A stretch of DNA of 64,000 bases, taken from positions 92,318,001-92,382,000 of the forward strand of contig OX597821.1 in assembly GCA_951406725.2 (NCBI GenBank). Reading direction: 5' to 3'. The notes below the pieces were generated by a model. The model ran no database searches. It was not told the DNA's origin and worked only from the letters and a program-made list of their open reading frames with translations. Origin of the DNA: Octopus vulgaris. Taxonomy: Eukaryota. Position 1 is the stretch's first letter; every line of letters starts with the position of its first letter. This document shows, piece by piece, positions 13,127 to 26,690 of the stretch. The translations under genes were made by a program, and so were the position numbers.

Positions 13127-14330
13127 CTCCATTTTCTGTTTATTTTAAATTTGATCCCTGATAAATTCATGTTTATCTTTGTCATTACCTATAAACTATG
13201 AGCAAAATATGCTTGCATATGTATGTCCAGGGTTAACACAGGTAATTATGCTGGGAATATAATGGATACTTTTATAACTTAGACAGTTATTCCAACCTTT
13301 AATTCTACTAACCTTATATATATATAGTTGATAGTTACCCCTCAGGTTAATCTTAATCCTCATTGAAAAGTTCTATGATCAAAGGTATTCCATCATTGAC
13401 TATTCCATTGTTTCATTAGGCCAAGTTAGCTGTGACATTATAATTCAATAACTCAATATATCCTTCGAAATTTTTAAATGATAAGGTTTGTTTTAAGGGA
13501 AATCTCTTTGGTATTGATAGCAGATTAATTGCCCACAAAGAGACTCTTTCACTGAATTACATGTCCTTAATCATATATTGATTTCAGAAAGTAGTATCAT
13601 TAAAACGAAATGTTTTGATGGCAAAGACTTCTAAGAGCTTATATCTTACTTTTCCTATCACAACAAAAACAACAGCAATAATTTCTTTCTTCATCATGTT
13701 ACCTACTTTCTAAATGAATTTCCTTTTTGCAAGACTAGGAAGAGAACAAGACTTAAGGGATTTACCATTATGTGTTCCAACTCTCTATACTCAGAGTATA
13801 AATGCCACCGAAGGAAACTTAGCATTTCTATTTTTTGCAGTCAATAAAATGAAATGCCAATCCAAAGACCAGCTGCCTTGCCATACTTGTTCTGTTTATC
13901 TGCATTATGAGTTTAAATCTCTTTCCATTGCCTATTAAAATAACTATGAAGAGACTTGGCATAATCTGTCATTTGGTTCTGCATCAGCACCTGCTACTTT
14001 GGGTGTCTTTATTTGAACCCAACTCTGTTGCAAGCATTTAAATCAGGTCTCCAGTTTGAGTATAACCCATCTCCTTCCCATCAGTTTTGGAGACCCTGTG
14101 AAGAGTCATTGGCACTGCCTTCGCTCCTAAATAAAACAAAATTCAAAATAACAAAAATGGTTAGGTTTAGGGCATTTAAGGCAGTGATAGGCAACCTGCA
14201 GTCGGCAGGACTTTGTAAATGGCACCCCTAACGAAAATTACCTTTGATTTTTTAGTATTACAGCCCACTATATAACAAGCTATGTCGCATGCATCCCACT
14301 TCTCAAAAAACATTGCCTTGTTTAGGGTAT

Positions 14331-14761
14331 ACTCTTTTACTCTTTTACTCTTTTACTTTTTTAATTGTTTCAGTCATTTGACTGCGGCCATGCTGGAGCA
14401 CCGCCTTTAATCGAGCAACTCGACCCTGGGACTTATTCTTTTGTAAGCCCAGTACTTATTCTATTGGTCCCTTTTGCCAAACCGCTAAGTAATGGGGACA
14501 TAAACACACCAGCATCGGTTGTCAAGCAATGCTAAGGGGACAAACACAGACACACAAACACAAACACACATATATATATATATATATATACACATATACG
14601 ACGGGCTTCTTTCAGTTTCCGTCTACCAAATCCACTCACAAGGGTTTGGCCAGCCCGAGGCTATAGTAGAAGACACTTGCCCAAGGTGCCACGCAGTGGG
14701 ACTGAACCCGGAACCATGTGGTTGGTAAACAAGCTACTTACCACACAGCCACTCCTGCGCT
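14331..14761 (-). mobile_element. Family A SINE, full length
   Basis: Consensus match. Confidence 0.9.
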
Positions 14762-15827
14762 TCTTTTGCAAGCAATTTTTTGCTGGGCAAAGATTTGGAA
14801 ACAATACGGTCAATCCATGTTTTTGGACAGTAACCTAACAAACTGACCAGCTGTAGCTACTTTTGTTAAAGTACTGCTGACTTTACAAATAAAACTCTAC
14901 TTAAAATCTAATTTCCATTGCAAACACATAAACAAACACCAGAGATAGCTCCCAAACTTAGTCATTCTAAATCAAATCTTTCCACTCATATTATATCCTT
15001 CACTCACCCAGAATCATGTTTTACATTGGTCGTCACTATGAAAATAGATTAAATTCTTGGAATCTTTATCATTTAACTCCACTACTCTGTTTGCAAGTGC
15101 CATACATACTTAAATCCCCAGCAATTATATAATAATCAGACTGAAAGGCCAGCAAAGATTAGCACTACTTCCTGCATTGGTCAAGCAATTTTCTTTCTTT
15201 GAATTAAGAATATTGAACTCTCACAGTTGTGCCATTAGATCATTTATTTGATATCATCATTAAAGTATCATTATGCATTTATAATTAACTATTTTGGACA
15301 AACAGGAAAAGTCCACCAACGACAACACTTAAAACGTGGCTCCAACAAATTTAGACAAGGCTGCATATGAATGCATCTATGTGAAGCATGTAATGTCCTT
15401 ATGTAGACATGTATGCATGATGTAAGGAAGTTGGTACATTGTTAAGATGAAGAGATAAACATTGGTGGCTGCATTTACTCAAGATAATAGCAACCGCTTC
15501 ATCAGGGATTAAATACATACGCACTCTTTCCTTTCCATACACAGTTTTGGTGACTGTTCACCTATTCTCATGATGCATGTGAACTTAACTACTTCTGTAT
15601 AATGCATGGATCTCAACAGCATATGGTGTACGGCAAAAGTAGTTAACTTGCCGCCTACTTAACGAATGCTGTTTTACATTCATACAAATACCAATAAAAT
15701 TACAAACGAAGATGTATATATATATACATATATATATATATACACATATATATACATATAGATATATATACACATATATACATATACATATATATACATA
15801 TATATATAAGTATATTATATATATATG

Positions 15828-15858
<31 letters not shown>

Positions 15859-16005
15859 GTAGATATATACACGTAAATACATATATATATGTATATATGT
15901 GTGTATACATATATATATATCTACACTCATAAATATATACATGTACAAATAAAAACACACACTTTCAAACTCACAGGCACACCAACCTACCAACATACAT
16001 ATATA

Positions 16006-16226
16006 TTGGGTTGGTACATAATTATTGCGGTTTTTTTTTCAACAAAAACAATAACAATATTTAACAAAACGTTTAAATGACGATCTGACCATCTGCTAAG
16101 CAAATGGGTAGCAGTAATTGAAGTAGATGGTGAATATGCTCCAGAATAATCATTTAAAGATGTTTTTGTTACATGTTGTTATTGTTTTTGTTGAAAAAAA
16201 GCCACAATAATAATACACCATCTGAA
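16006..16226 (+). mobile_element. mariner-derived MITE (~220 bp)
   Basis: Imperfect ~50-bp terminal inverted repeats flanked by TA. Internal remnant LLSKWVAVIEVDGEY resembles a mariner transposase C-terminus. Confidence 0.7.
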
Positions 16227-16388
16227 TATATACAAATGTACATACAGAATGCAGCAAATTGGCTGAGCCTTTAAATTGCTGGATAGCATGCCTTGCACTA
16301 TTTGATCCTCTTCTCTGAGCTCTGAGTTCAAACACTACTGTGGTTGAGTTTTCATTTCAGCTTTCTGGGTTCAATAAATAATATAACA

Positions 16389-16790
16389 AAGGTGGCGAGC
16401 TGGCAAAAATGTTAGCATGCCAAGCAAAATGCTTAGCGGTATTTCATCTGCCGTTACATTCTGAGTTCACATTCCGCCGAGGTCGACTTTGCCTTTCATC
16501 CTTTCGGGGTCAATTAAATAAGTACCAGTTACGCATTGGGATTGATATAATCTACTTAATCTGTTTGTCTGTCCTTGTTTGTCCTCTCTGTGTTTAGTCC
16601 CTTGTGGGTAGTAAAGAAATAGGTATTTCGTCTCTTTACATTCTGAGTTCAAATTCCGCTGAGGTCGACTTTGCCTTTCATCCTTTCGGGGTCAATAAAT
16701 TAAGTACCAGTTGTATACTGAGGTCAATCTAATCGATTGGCTGCACTCCACAAAAATTTCGGGTCTTGTCCCTAGAAAAGAAAAGAATAA
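16389..16790 (+). mobile_element. Family B SINE, dimeric form
   Basis: Junction aaagaaataggtatttcgtc near 16613-16632. Confidence 0.85.
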
Positions 16791-17238
16791 ATAATGTAAC
16801 GATGTTGGTTGATGAATTGACAGAATTAATTACATATTAGTTGGATAGGTTTTATTGTATTTGTGATGGCTGTGCATGTCCTGAAGATATCACCTTCAGG
16901 ATGTAGCAGAATATATAACTTCCATGTTACCAGTGTTAAAAGCACCTTAGAGCTGTGGAAAGGTGAGATAACCCACCCTCAATCCTATTTGGGAGTGATG
17001 GACATCAATGTTTTGCCATTTTTGTGGGTTATGTATTTTATACTGGCCCTCGTGCCTGTGTCATGTAAAAGCACCCAATACACTCTTAGAATGGTTGGCA
17101 TTAGGAAGGGCATCCAGCTGTAGAAACTTTGCCAGATCATATTGTGCCTGGTGCAGCCTCCTGGCTTGTCAGTCCTCAGTCAAACCGTCCAACCCATGCC
17201 AGCATTTGGTAGACGGAAACTGAAGAAAGCCCATGGTA

Positions 17239-17288
<50 letters not shown>

Positions 17289-17290
<2 letters not shown>

Positions 17291-17717
17291 ATTCGCTCGT
17301 GGTCGTTTGCCAGCTCTGTCTGGCCCCCGTGTCGGTGGCACGTAAAGGCACCATCCGTTCGTGTCCGTTGCCAGCCTCGCCTGGCCCCATGCCGGTGACA
17401 CGTAAAAGCACCATCTGTTCGTGGCCGTTTGCCAGCTCTGTCTGGCCCCCGTGTCGGTAGCACGTAAAAGCACCATCCGTTCGTGTCCGTTGCCAGCATC
17501 GCCTGGCCCCGTGCCGGTGACACGTAAAAGCACCATCCGTTCGTGGCCGTTTGCCAGCTCTGTCTGGCACCTGTGCAGGTAGCACGTAAAAAACACCCAC
17601 TACACTGCCAGATCTGACTGGGCCTGATGAAGCCTTCCAGCTTCACAGACCCCAGTTGAACCGTCCAACCCATGCTAGCATGGAAAGCGGACGCTAAATG
17701 ATGATGATGATGATGAT
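17289..17717 (+). mobile_element. RTE 3'-UTR fragment with five alternating 60/62-bp modules, inserted in the (TA)n of a family A SINE
   Basis: CACGTAAA at 17339, 17399, 17461, 17521 and 17583. GAT tail. SINE halves at 17205-17236 and 17718-17925. Confidence 0.82.
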
Positions 17718-18305
17718 ATGTATGTATGTATGTATATGTGTGTATATGTTTGTGTGTCGTCTGTGTTTGACCCCCCAGCATCACTTGACAACCAACAAAA
17801 GAGACCGATAAAATAAGTACTAGACTTATGAAGAATAAGTCCTAGGGTCAATTTGCTTGACTAAAGACGGTGCTCCAGCATGACCACAGTCAAATGACTG
17901 AAACAAGTAAAAGAGTTAAAAGAGTGTATGCATTCCTATCCAAATGCCTAAATCCGAATCTCATCTAAACACAATACATATTGGAAAATGATTATATCCA
18001 ATCACCCACTCATGGATTCCATGATTAACTACAGATATTGTCTTTCCTCTTTGTATTCATAACAAAGAATGAATATTCATTTGGTTACTGGAGTAAAAAT
18101 TTACATATTCATTTACATGTATGCCCATATATATATCTATATATATATATATATATATAGAGAGAGACAGAGAGAGAGACACTCACATGTATGCACACAC
18201 AAACACATGCTTATATGTATACACACACACATGTGTATATATATATACACACACACAAACATATATATACATATATATATGCATATATATACATGCATAT
18301 ATATA

Positions 18306-18396
<91 letters not shown>

Positions 18397-18508
18397 ATGA
18401 TATGTATATGTATATGTATATAGAGGCAAGTATGTAATCTATATAATATGTACATATGCAAATGTTGAATGTTTAAAATTAGGGAAATGGGAAACAAATT
18501 ATAAGATG

Positions 18509-18555
<47 letters not shown>

Positions 18556-18593
18556 GTGTGTATGTGTTGTGTGTGTCACCGTGTGCATGTGTG

Positions 18594-18624
<31 letters not shown>

Positions 18625-18744
18625 ATGTATTTTGAATGGTCATGGATCTTCATCATTTTCGATGATGACTCTTCCAGTTCTTCCATCAACTGAACTACCA
18701 TCTGTGGAATAATCATAGCTGAGTATTCCACAGACACATGTATA

Positions 18745-18837
18745 CTGATGATGATGATGACGACGATATTGATGATAATGAGGAAGAGGGGACGACGACG
18801 ACGATGACGATATTGATGATGGTGATGATGGTGATGG

Positions 18838-18871
<34 letters not shown>

Positions 18872-19005
18872 AACGATAACATTGATGATGATGATGATGA
18901 TGATGATGATGACATTGATGATGATAATGATGGTAGTGAAGGTGATGCTGATGACGATGATGATCTTGGTGATGATAAAGATGATGACGATGATGACGAC
19001 GATCA
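18745..19005. repeat. (GAT)n-type imperfect microsatellite
   Basis: Read directly from the sequence. Confidence 0.95.
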
Positions 19006-19304
19006 TCTCTCACAGACCAAGAAAGATGGTTCTGCAATTTCTTGCTGAACAAATGAATTACAGTTTATCTTTTATCTTTTATCTTTCTTATTTGCTTTAA
19101 GTCGTGAATTAGAATGTGGCCATGCTGGGGCACCATCTTGAAGGATCAACCCCATCACTTAATTTCTTTTCAAGCCTGGTTACTTATTTTATCAGTCTCT
19201 CTTGCTGAACTGCCAAGTTAGGAGAATATAAACACACTGACACCACTTGTCAAGTGGTGGTAGGCGACAAACACAGACACAAAAACAAACACAACACACA
19301 CATA

Positions 19305-19336
<32 letters not shown>

Positions 19337-20261
19337 TAGACACACATACACACACACATGCATAAACGGGCTTCTTTCAGTTTCTGTCAACCAAATCCTT
19401 TCACATGGCTTTGGTTGGCCCAAGTTTATCATAGAAGATACATGCCAAAAGTTCTACAATGTGGGATTGAACCCAGGACCATGTGTTCAGTGTCACACCA
19501 TGAAACAGTGAAATATCAAATGTCTGACCGTATGATTCTGAAGGAAACTTCTTAATCACTCATTAACACTAGTGTATATACAGGCATATATACATACATA
19601 CAAGCCTATATATATCTGGTAGTCTCAGTGCTAGTGTGGCAGGAGTTATCTCCCACTTGCAATAAATATCAAGTGCAAGAAACACACTGAATAAACCAGA
19701 TAGAGGTGATGTTTTCCTGGGGTTAAATGGCAGTTTTGTCATCCCTTAGAGGACAAACACATTAAAGTGGCTATAAATAAAAATTTTTGGTTTGTATACT
19801 TCTTCTATCTCAAACCAGAGATTTTCTAACAGACAAGTTTCCTATTTGCAAAACCAGCAATTATATGACACTGTATTTCCTATATATTGTAAGCGTGGTT
19901 AAGCGTACCCACCACCAATATTTTCCCCCATACAAATTGCAGCAAGTGGTCAGCTGGTCTCAGAGCTTAGTGGCCATAAGCAATACTTGTTATATAGACA
20001 TGCATATAGATAGACGTACATATATATGTATTTATACATATGCATGTCTCTCTCTATATATATATTCATATGTGTAAATATACACATACACTCATTCATG
20101 CGTATATATTTCATCATCGTCATTTTAATGCTTGCTTTTCTTTGCTTGCATAGTACAGGCAAGACTATATATGTGTATATGTCTCTGCGTGTGCATGTGT
20201 ATGTGTAAATTTTAGAATAAATTACAAACAGTTTCACACCCACAAACACATGCACACAAGC

Positions 20262-20292
<31 letters not shown>

Positions 20293-20423
20293 AATAAAAT
20301 ATATGCATATATATAAACATATATGTACGTACCTACCTCTACATGTATATATATATATATGTACGTACCTACCTCTACATATATATATATACATGCATGT
20401 ATGTGTGTGTGTACATGCATGTG

Positions 20424-20459
<36 letters not shown>

Positions 20460-21015
20460 CACATGCACACACATACATGTATATACGTGCATGTACACAT
20501 ATATAAATTTAAATTTCCTTGCATAACAAAACATGACATGCATCTAAAGATCTATGAATACATTTACACACATTTATAAACAAATACGTACACTTTGATA
20601 CATTTATAAAACTTTACACACACTCACATATTTGTATGTATATACACCACACACAAGTGATGTACACACACACACACACACATAAACATCATAAACATGC
20701 CTGCATATATAAAAGAAACATGAAATGGAAATATTCAAATCTGTGCATACATTTTAGAGACATTATATGCATATAATGTAAACGCATTAACACAATGTTT
20801 AGATGCAAACACACAATATGCATATGACTAAACACACATATATACACACACATACAAACAGAGTATCCAAATACATTAACCATACATGGAAATATATATA
20901 CACTATCACACATGTACAACTGACATGTTGAAATTTATACACTCATACACTGAACCATCCACCGACACATAATTACATTATGTTCTCTGCTATTCTGAAA
21001 CGTGATTGATTTCAG

Positions 21016-21123
21016 GATTCCGCAGTTAGAAATCTGATGACCTCTGCCCTTCCACTAATATTTGACCTTTCTGGAATGAGACTGACCCCTCTAATTAGGG
21101 AGTTTAGTGTCTCACGAATCTGA
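21016..21123 (+). CDS. Candidate terminal exon (DSAVRNLMTSALPLIFDLSGMRLTPLIREFSVSRI*)
   Basis: tttcAG|G acceptor followed by 35 open codons to TGA in unique, non-repetitive sequence. Weak support. Confidence 0.25.
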   Translation, partial: DSAVRNLMTSALPLIFDLSGMRLTPLIREFSVSRI

Positions 21124-21789
21124 AATACAGTAACAATATGATATGAGTGGAAAGCTTTCCTCATGATTATTAAGTTGTTTTTGTTTCTTTTTTTCTTGTT
21201 TTTTTTTTTAATTTTATTTTTCCTTACTGTGTCTCTTTTAAATTTTATACACACTGCATATTTTGGTTTTACATGCATGAAAATGTGATGTTTTGGCATT
21301 TGTTACTTTTTCCAAGTGGAGTTGCAGCATAAATGAGAAGAAATTCGTTTGGTTTCCCCATGAGCTTAGCATTTTGTACATAGGATAATTCCAGTTATCA
21401 ATGACATTAAAGCTGTGAGCAGGCAGATTCATTAGCATACCAGACAAAATGCTTACTGGCATTTCATCTGTCTTTAAATTCTGAGTTCAAATTCCACTGA
21501 GATCAGCTTCGCCTTTCATCCTTCTTTGAGGTCGGTAAAATAAATATCAGTTGAACACAGGGGTCAATTTAATTGACTTCTCCTCTGGCCTAAAATTACT
21601 GGATGTGTGAAAAATTTGAAGCCATTATTATTCAATGACATTCTCCAGAAGATTCTTAACATTGACTAGGAGGAATGGAGTTGTCACTTCATGAAGGCCA
21701 CAGGGAACGTCCAGAAATACCTCATCTGATGGTATTTCTAAGGGACAGTGCCAAGTACAAATGTACTCTACAAGCATAAAAATGCCATC

Positions 21790-22182
21790 TCTTTTACTCT
21801 TTTATTTGTTTCAGTCATTTGACTGCAGCCATGCTGGAGCACCACCTTTTAGTCGAGCAAATTGACCCCAGGACTTATTCTTTGGAAGCCTAGTACTTAT
21901 TCTATCTGTCTCTTTTGCTGAACTGCTAAGTTACGGGGGCATAAACACACCACCATCGGTTGTCAAGCGATGTTGGGGGGACAAACACAGACACACATAC
22001 ATACATTTATATACATACATACAACGAGCTTCTTTCAGTTCCTGTCTACCAAATCCACTCACAAGGCTTTGGTCGACCCGAGGCTATAGTAGAAGACACT
22101 TGCCCAAGGTGCCATGCAGTGGGACTGAACCCAGAACCATGTGCTTGGTAAGCAAGCTACTTACCACACAGCCACTCCTGCA
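21790..22182 (-). mobile_element. Family A SINE
   Basis: Consensus match. Confidence 0.88.
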
Positions 22183-22297
22183 CTCATAAGTGGAGTGTTC
22201 AAACATTGCTCACCTGTGGAGAAATATCAAGTACTCCTTGTTGTATGTTAAGCAGATTTAACTATCAGCCAATTTTTGATTAATATTACTCTACCAA

Positions 22298-22742
22298 AGG
22301 CAGCAAGCTGGCAGAAATGTTAGCATGCCAGGCAAAATTCTTAGCTGTATTTCATCTGTCTTTACGTTCTGAGTTTAAATTCTGCAGAGGTTGACTTTGC
22401 CTTTTATCCTTTCAGCGTTGATTGATTAAGTACCAGTTGTGTACTGGGATCGATCTCATCAATGAGTCCCCTCCCCAAATTTCAGACCTTGTGCCTAGAA
22501 TAGAAAAGAATATTACTCTACCAATTAAGGATGCAGGCTGGTAGAATTGATAACACTCCAAGCAAAATGCTTAGTGGCATTTCATACATCTTTACATTCT
22601 GAGTTCAAATTTCTCCTATGTCAACTTTGCCTTTCATTCTTTCAGAGTCAATAAAATAAGAACCAATTGAGCTCTGGGTTCAATGTAATCAACTGACCCT
22701 CTCCCATGAAATTACTGGCCTTGTGCCAAAATTTTAAAACAA
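22298..22742 (+). mobile_element. Two family B SINEs at one triplicated target site
   Basis: attactctRcca at about 22285, 22512 and 22744. Confidence 0.8.
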
Positions 22743-22764
22743 CATTACTCTGCCAGTTTCGATA

Positions 22765-23178
22765 GGCGCAGGAGTGGCTGTGTGGTAAGTAGCTTGCTTA
22801 CTAACCACATGGTTCTGGGTTCAGTCCCACTGCGTGGCATCTTGTGCAAGTGTCTTCTGCTATAGCCCCGGGCTGACCAATGCTTTGTGAGTGGATTTGG
22901 TAGACGGAAAATGAAAGAAGCCTGTCGTATATATGTATATATATGTATGTGTGTGTATATGCTTGTGTATCTGTGTTTGTTCCCCTAGCATAGCTTGACA
23001 ACCGATGCTGGTGTGTTTATGTCCCCGTCACTTAGCGGTTCGGCAAAAGAGACCGATAGAATAAGTACTGGGCTTACAAAGAATAAGTCCCGGGGTCGAT
23101 CTGCTCGACTAAAGGTGGTGCTCCAGCATGGCCACAGTCAAATGACTGAAACAAGTAAAAAAAAAAAAAAAAGAGAGT
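22765..23178 (+). mobile_element. Family A SINE
   Basis: Consensus match. Confidence 0.9.
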
Positions 23179-23633
23179 TAAAATGCACTGGCAGCTTTTC
23201 TCATCCTTGTGCTTATGATAAAAGAGGGAATGTGATGGATGAGGTTGAAAAGATTGAGGAGTGATATGATCCTCTTTTGCCGAGCCCTCATGAACATTTT
23301 GAAGTCTTTATTGAGGATGAAGAGGTAGATGCTGCTTTCTGGTGGATGATGAAATACGTGGTTTTTGGAAGACACTAACACACTCCTAGAAATAAAAGGA
23401 TTCCATACGGAAAATTGAGTCAGGATGGGGTTGGAGATTCTGACTCAGGTGACACCTAAGACTATGGATGAAATCCCAAACCTAATAGATATCCCAGGAG
23501 TGTAGTAACTGCAGGTGGCAGTGAACTATCAGTAACATACCATCTCAAATATTTTTCTTCAGTTTTTGTATATTCTCACAACTTATCAAATATCTTCCTC
23601 CGTCCATTTCTCCTGGATAGATAAAACATACAC

Positions 23634-24040
23634 TTTACTCTTTTACTTGTTTCAGTCGTTTGACTGCGGCCATGCTGGAGCACCGCATTTAGTCGAGCAA
23701 ATCGACCCCGGGACTTATTTTTTGTAAGCCCAGTACTTATTCTATCGGTATCTTTTGCTGAACTGCTAAGTGACGGGGACGTAAACACACCAGCATTGGT
23801 TGTCAAGCAATGCTAGAGGGACAAACACAGACACACAAATATATACACACACATACATATATATATATATACATGCATATATATACGACAGGCTTCTTTC
23901 AGTTTCTGTCTACCAAATCCACTTTGGTCGGCCCGAGGCTATAGCAGAAGGCACTTGCCCAAGATGCCATGCAGTAGGACTGAACCCGGAATCATGTGGT
24001 TGATTAGCAAGCTACTTACCACACAGCCACTCCTGCGCCT
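23634..24040 (-). mobile_element. Family A SINE
   Basis: Consensus match with a small internal deletion. Confidence 0.88.
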
Positions 24041-24129
24041 GTCTGTCATTTTTTTTTTTTTTTTGTGAGTTCTTTATGTATTGTCATCCATCTCCATGTC
24101 CTTCTAATTCTTGAGGTTCATCTTTATTC

Positions 24130-24352
24130 CATCTGTATGTCACTGATCACTTATCTCAGTCCTGATACTACCCACGGTTTATAGCTAATATGTGTGTTTT
24201 TTGGTCCATGCTTGTAGAGTTTATCTCTAACTGGAATTGCCTTCAGGTAGCAATGCTAGACCAGATATTTCTGGAAGTTGTTCATAATCTCCCAGCAGAA
24301 ACAACTCAATTCCTCCCAGTCAATGTCTAAAATCTCCTAGAAAATGTCATTG
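24130..24352 (-). mobile_element. Tx1/L1-clade LINE remnant
   Basis: NNFQKYLV*HCYLKAIPVRDKLYKHG-like translation. Aligns to 21630-21785 (caatgacatt...cattgactRggaggaat...actctacaagcat). Confidence 0.5.
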
Positions 24353-25130
24353 AATACTAAAACAAAAACAAACAAAAACAAAAAAAGCAAAAAAAAAAAC
24401 AAAACCTGCAGCAATCCTTCTCAGGATTCTGATTGAAACACCAATTTTAAATTTCTTTGAATTACATTTCCAAATAATCCCTTTCTATCAAATACCACTG
24501 CCACCACCATTGCCACTGCCACCACTGCTACCACTGCCATTACTGTGACCAATACCACCGCTGCTACCACAAGCACCACCACCACAAGCACCACCACCAC
24601 TATCATCATCATCATCATCATCATTATCATCATCATCATCACCGTCTTTATCATCGCTAAACATCCATGTTCCATGCTAGCATGGGTTGGATGGTTTGAC
24701 AGGAACCGATGTGGCCAAGGGCTGCACTGAGTTCCAGTATCTGCTTTCACATAGTTTTATGGATGGATACTCTTCCTAATGCCAAACCCTTTTACATTAT
24801 GGAATGGATACTGCTTTTATGCCATTCACACTATTGAGCTTGCCATGCAGTTTACAGGAATATGAGCCCCAAGGTAGGCAGGTGGAGTCAGCTTCATGTT
24901 AGGTGTAAGGGAATTACTATGAAGCTGCTGGACAGAGCAGGTAATTGCTGAGGATCTGTATGGCTACTCACATCTACTAAGGGACAAAAAAAAATTCAGA
25001 CTCCTTGATATTTCCAGCTTCTACTATTCCTATCTACTTATAGCCATTCACTTCAATATCATCATTCTTTTACTGCTAGATAACACTATCTCAGGTGATG
25101 GTTCCATTGCCCTTCACTTCATTATAGGTA

Positions 25131-25552
25131 TACCAATTTCTTTATTACCCACAAGGGGCTAAACATAGAGGGGACAAACAAGGACAGACATAGGTATTAA
25201 GCCGATTACATCGACCCCAGTGCGTAACTGGTACTTATTTAATTGACCCCGAAAGGATGAAAGGCAAAATCGACCTCGGCGGAATTTGAACTCGGAACGT
25301 AACAGCAGACGAAATACCTATTTCTTTATTACCCACAAGGAGCTAAACATAGAGGGGACAAACAAGGACAGACATAGGTATTAAGTCGATTACATCGACC
25401 CCAGTGCGTAACTGGTACTTATTTAATTGACCCCGAAAGGATGAAAGGCAAAATCGACCTCGGCGGAATTTGAACTCGGAACGTAACAACAGACAAAATA
25501 CCGCTAAAAATTTTGCCCGGCACGCTAATGTGTCTGCCAGCTCGCTGCCCTT
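25131..25552 (-). mobile_element. Family B SINE with a 184-bp tandemly repeated unit
   Basis: 25137-25318 and 25321-25502 differ at only about four positions. Confidence 0.9.
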
Positions 25553-25699
25553 TACCACACTACTGTAGGTAACAGTACAGTATATACTAATGTAGGTCAG
25601 GATAAGTACCATGTAGCAGAATATATCATCATCATTTAACATGCATTTTTCATGCTGGCAAGGGTTTGACTATGTAGTGTAAAATCAGAATCACACCTA

Positions 25700-26455
25700 C
25701 ACCAACATATACACACACATACACACGCATACACACATACACACATGCACACATACACATACATATACACACGTACACACACACATACATACATATACAC
25801 ATACACACACATACACACACATGCACGTATACACATATACACATATACACATACCCATAAGCCAATTTAGATTAACTCATGCATAAATATAGACACATTT
25901 ACACACATACACACACACACACACACACATACACACACATACACACATACATACACACACATACACACACACACACATACACACACACACACACACATAC
26001 ACACACGCACACATACACATACACACATACACACACATACGCACACGTACACACACACATACACACATACATACACACACACATACACACACATACACAC
26101 ACATACACACCATGTACATATAAACAAACATACACAAATGCAATCGTACATGTGTTATATTTGCACACTAACACACATGTAAAACCATATCTGCACACAC
26201 ACACATACACACACACACACACATAGGCATATACACATGCACATACATACACATGTACATCAACTTAAATAAACTCCCATACATATACATAAACACATAC
26301 AAATGCAATCATATACATATTGTATTTGCACACACACACACATATACAACCATATCTGCACATACACAGGTACATGCAAACATGCAGCCACACACACACA
26401 CACACACACAGAGACACGCACACACACACATGCACACCAACAAACATCTATATAT
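25700..26455. repeat. (CA)n/(CATA)n low-complexity tract
   Basis: Read directly from the sequence. Confidence 0.95.
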
Positions 26456-26458
26456 ATA

Positions 26459-26690
26459 AGGCGGCGAGCTGGCAGAAACGTTAGCATGCCGGGCGAAATG
26501 CTTAGTGGTATTTCGTCTGCCGCTATGCTCTGAGTTCAAATTCCGCTGAGGTCGACTTTGCCTTTCATCCTTTCGGGGTCGATTAAATAAGTACCAGTTA
26601 TGCACTGGGTCGATATAATCGACTTAAACCGTTTGTCTGTCCTTATTTGTCCTCTCTGTGTTTAGCCCCATGTGGGTAGTAAAGAAATAT
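26459..26690 (+). mobile_element. Family B SINE
   Basis: Consensus match. Confidence 0.88.

Larger units (their letters stand above)
21630..23380 (+). mobile_element. Highly decayed Tx1/L1-clade LINE C-terminal remnant split by four SINE insertions
   Basis: Pieces at 21630-21785, 22190-22270 (VECSNIAHLW) and 23195-23380 (LILVLMIKEGM*WMRLK). Homologous to the minus-strand piece at 24130-24352. Clade assignment is from memory of zf-RVT-type motifs. Confidence 0.45.

Noticed and set aside
13940-14126. Minus-strand exon after a ttttgttttatttAG acceptor
   Set aside because: All frames close within 30 codons and there is no supporting homology.
14519-14728. Recurrent peptide ...LLSVSVYQIHSQGFGRPEAIVEDTCPRCHAVGLNPEPCGW, seen many times
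   Set aside because: Antisense translation of the family A SINE, not a protein family.
15460-15510. Hammerhead-like CUGAUGA with stem on the minus strand
   Set aside because: No GAAA or stem I/III can be placed.
17289-17600. CRISPR-like repeat/spacer appearance
   Set aside because: The intervening segments are homologous to each other and belong to an RTE 3' UTR.
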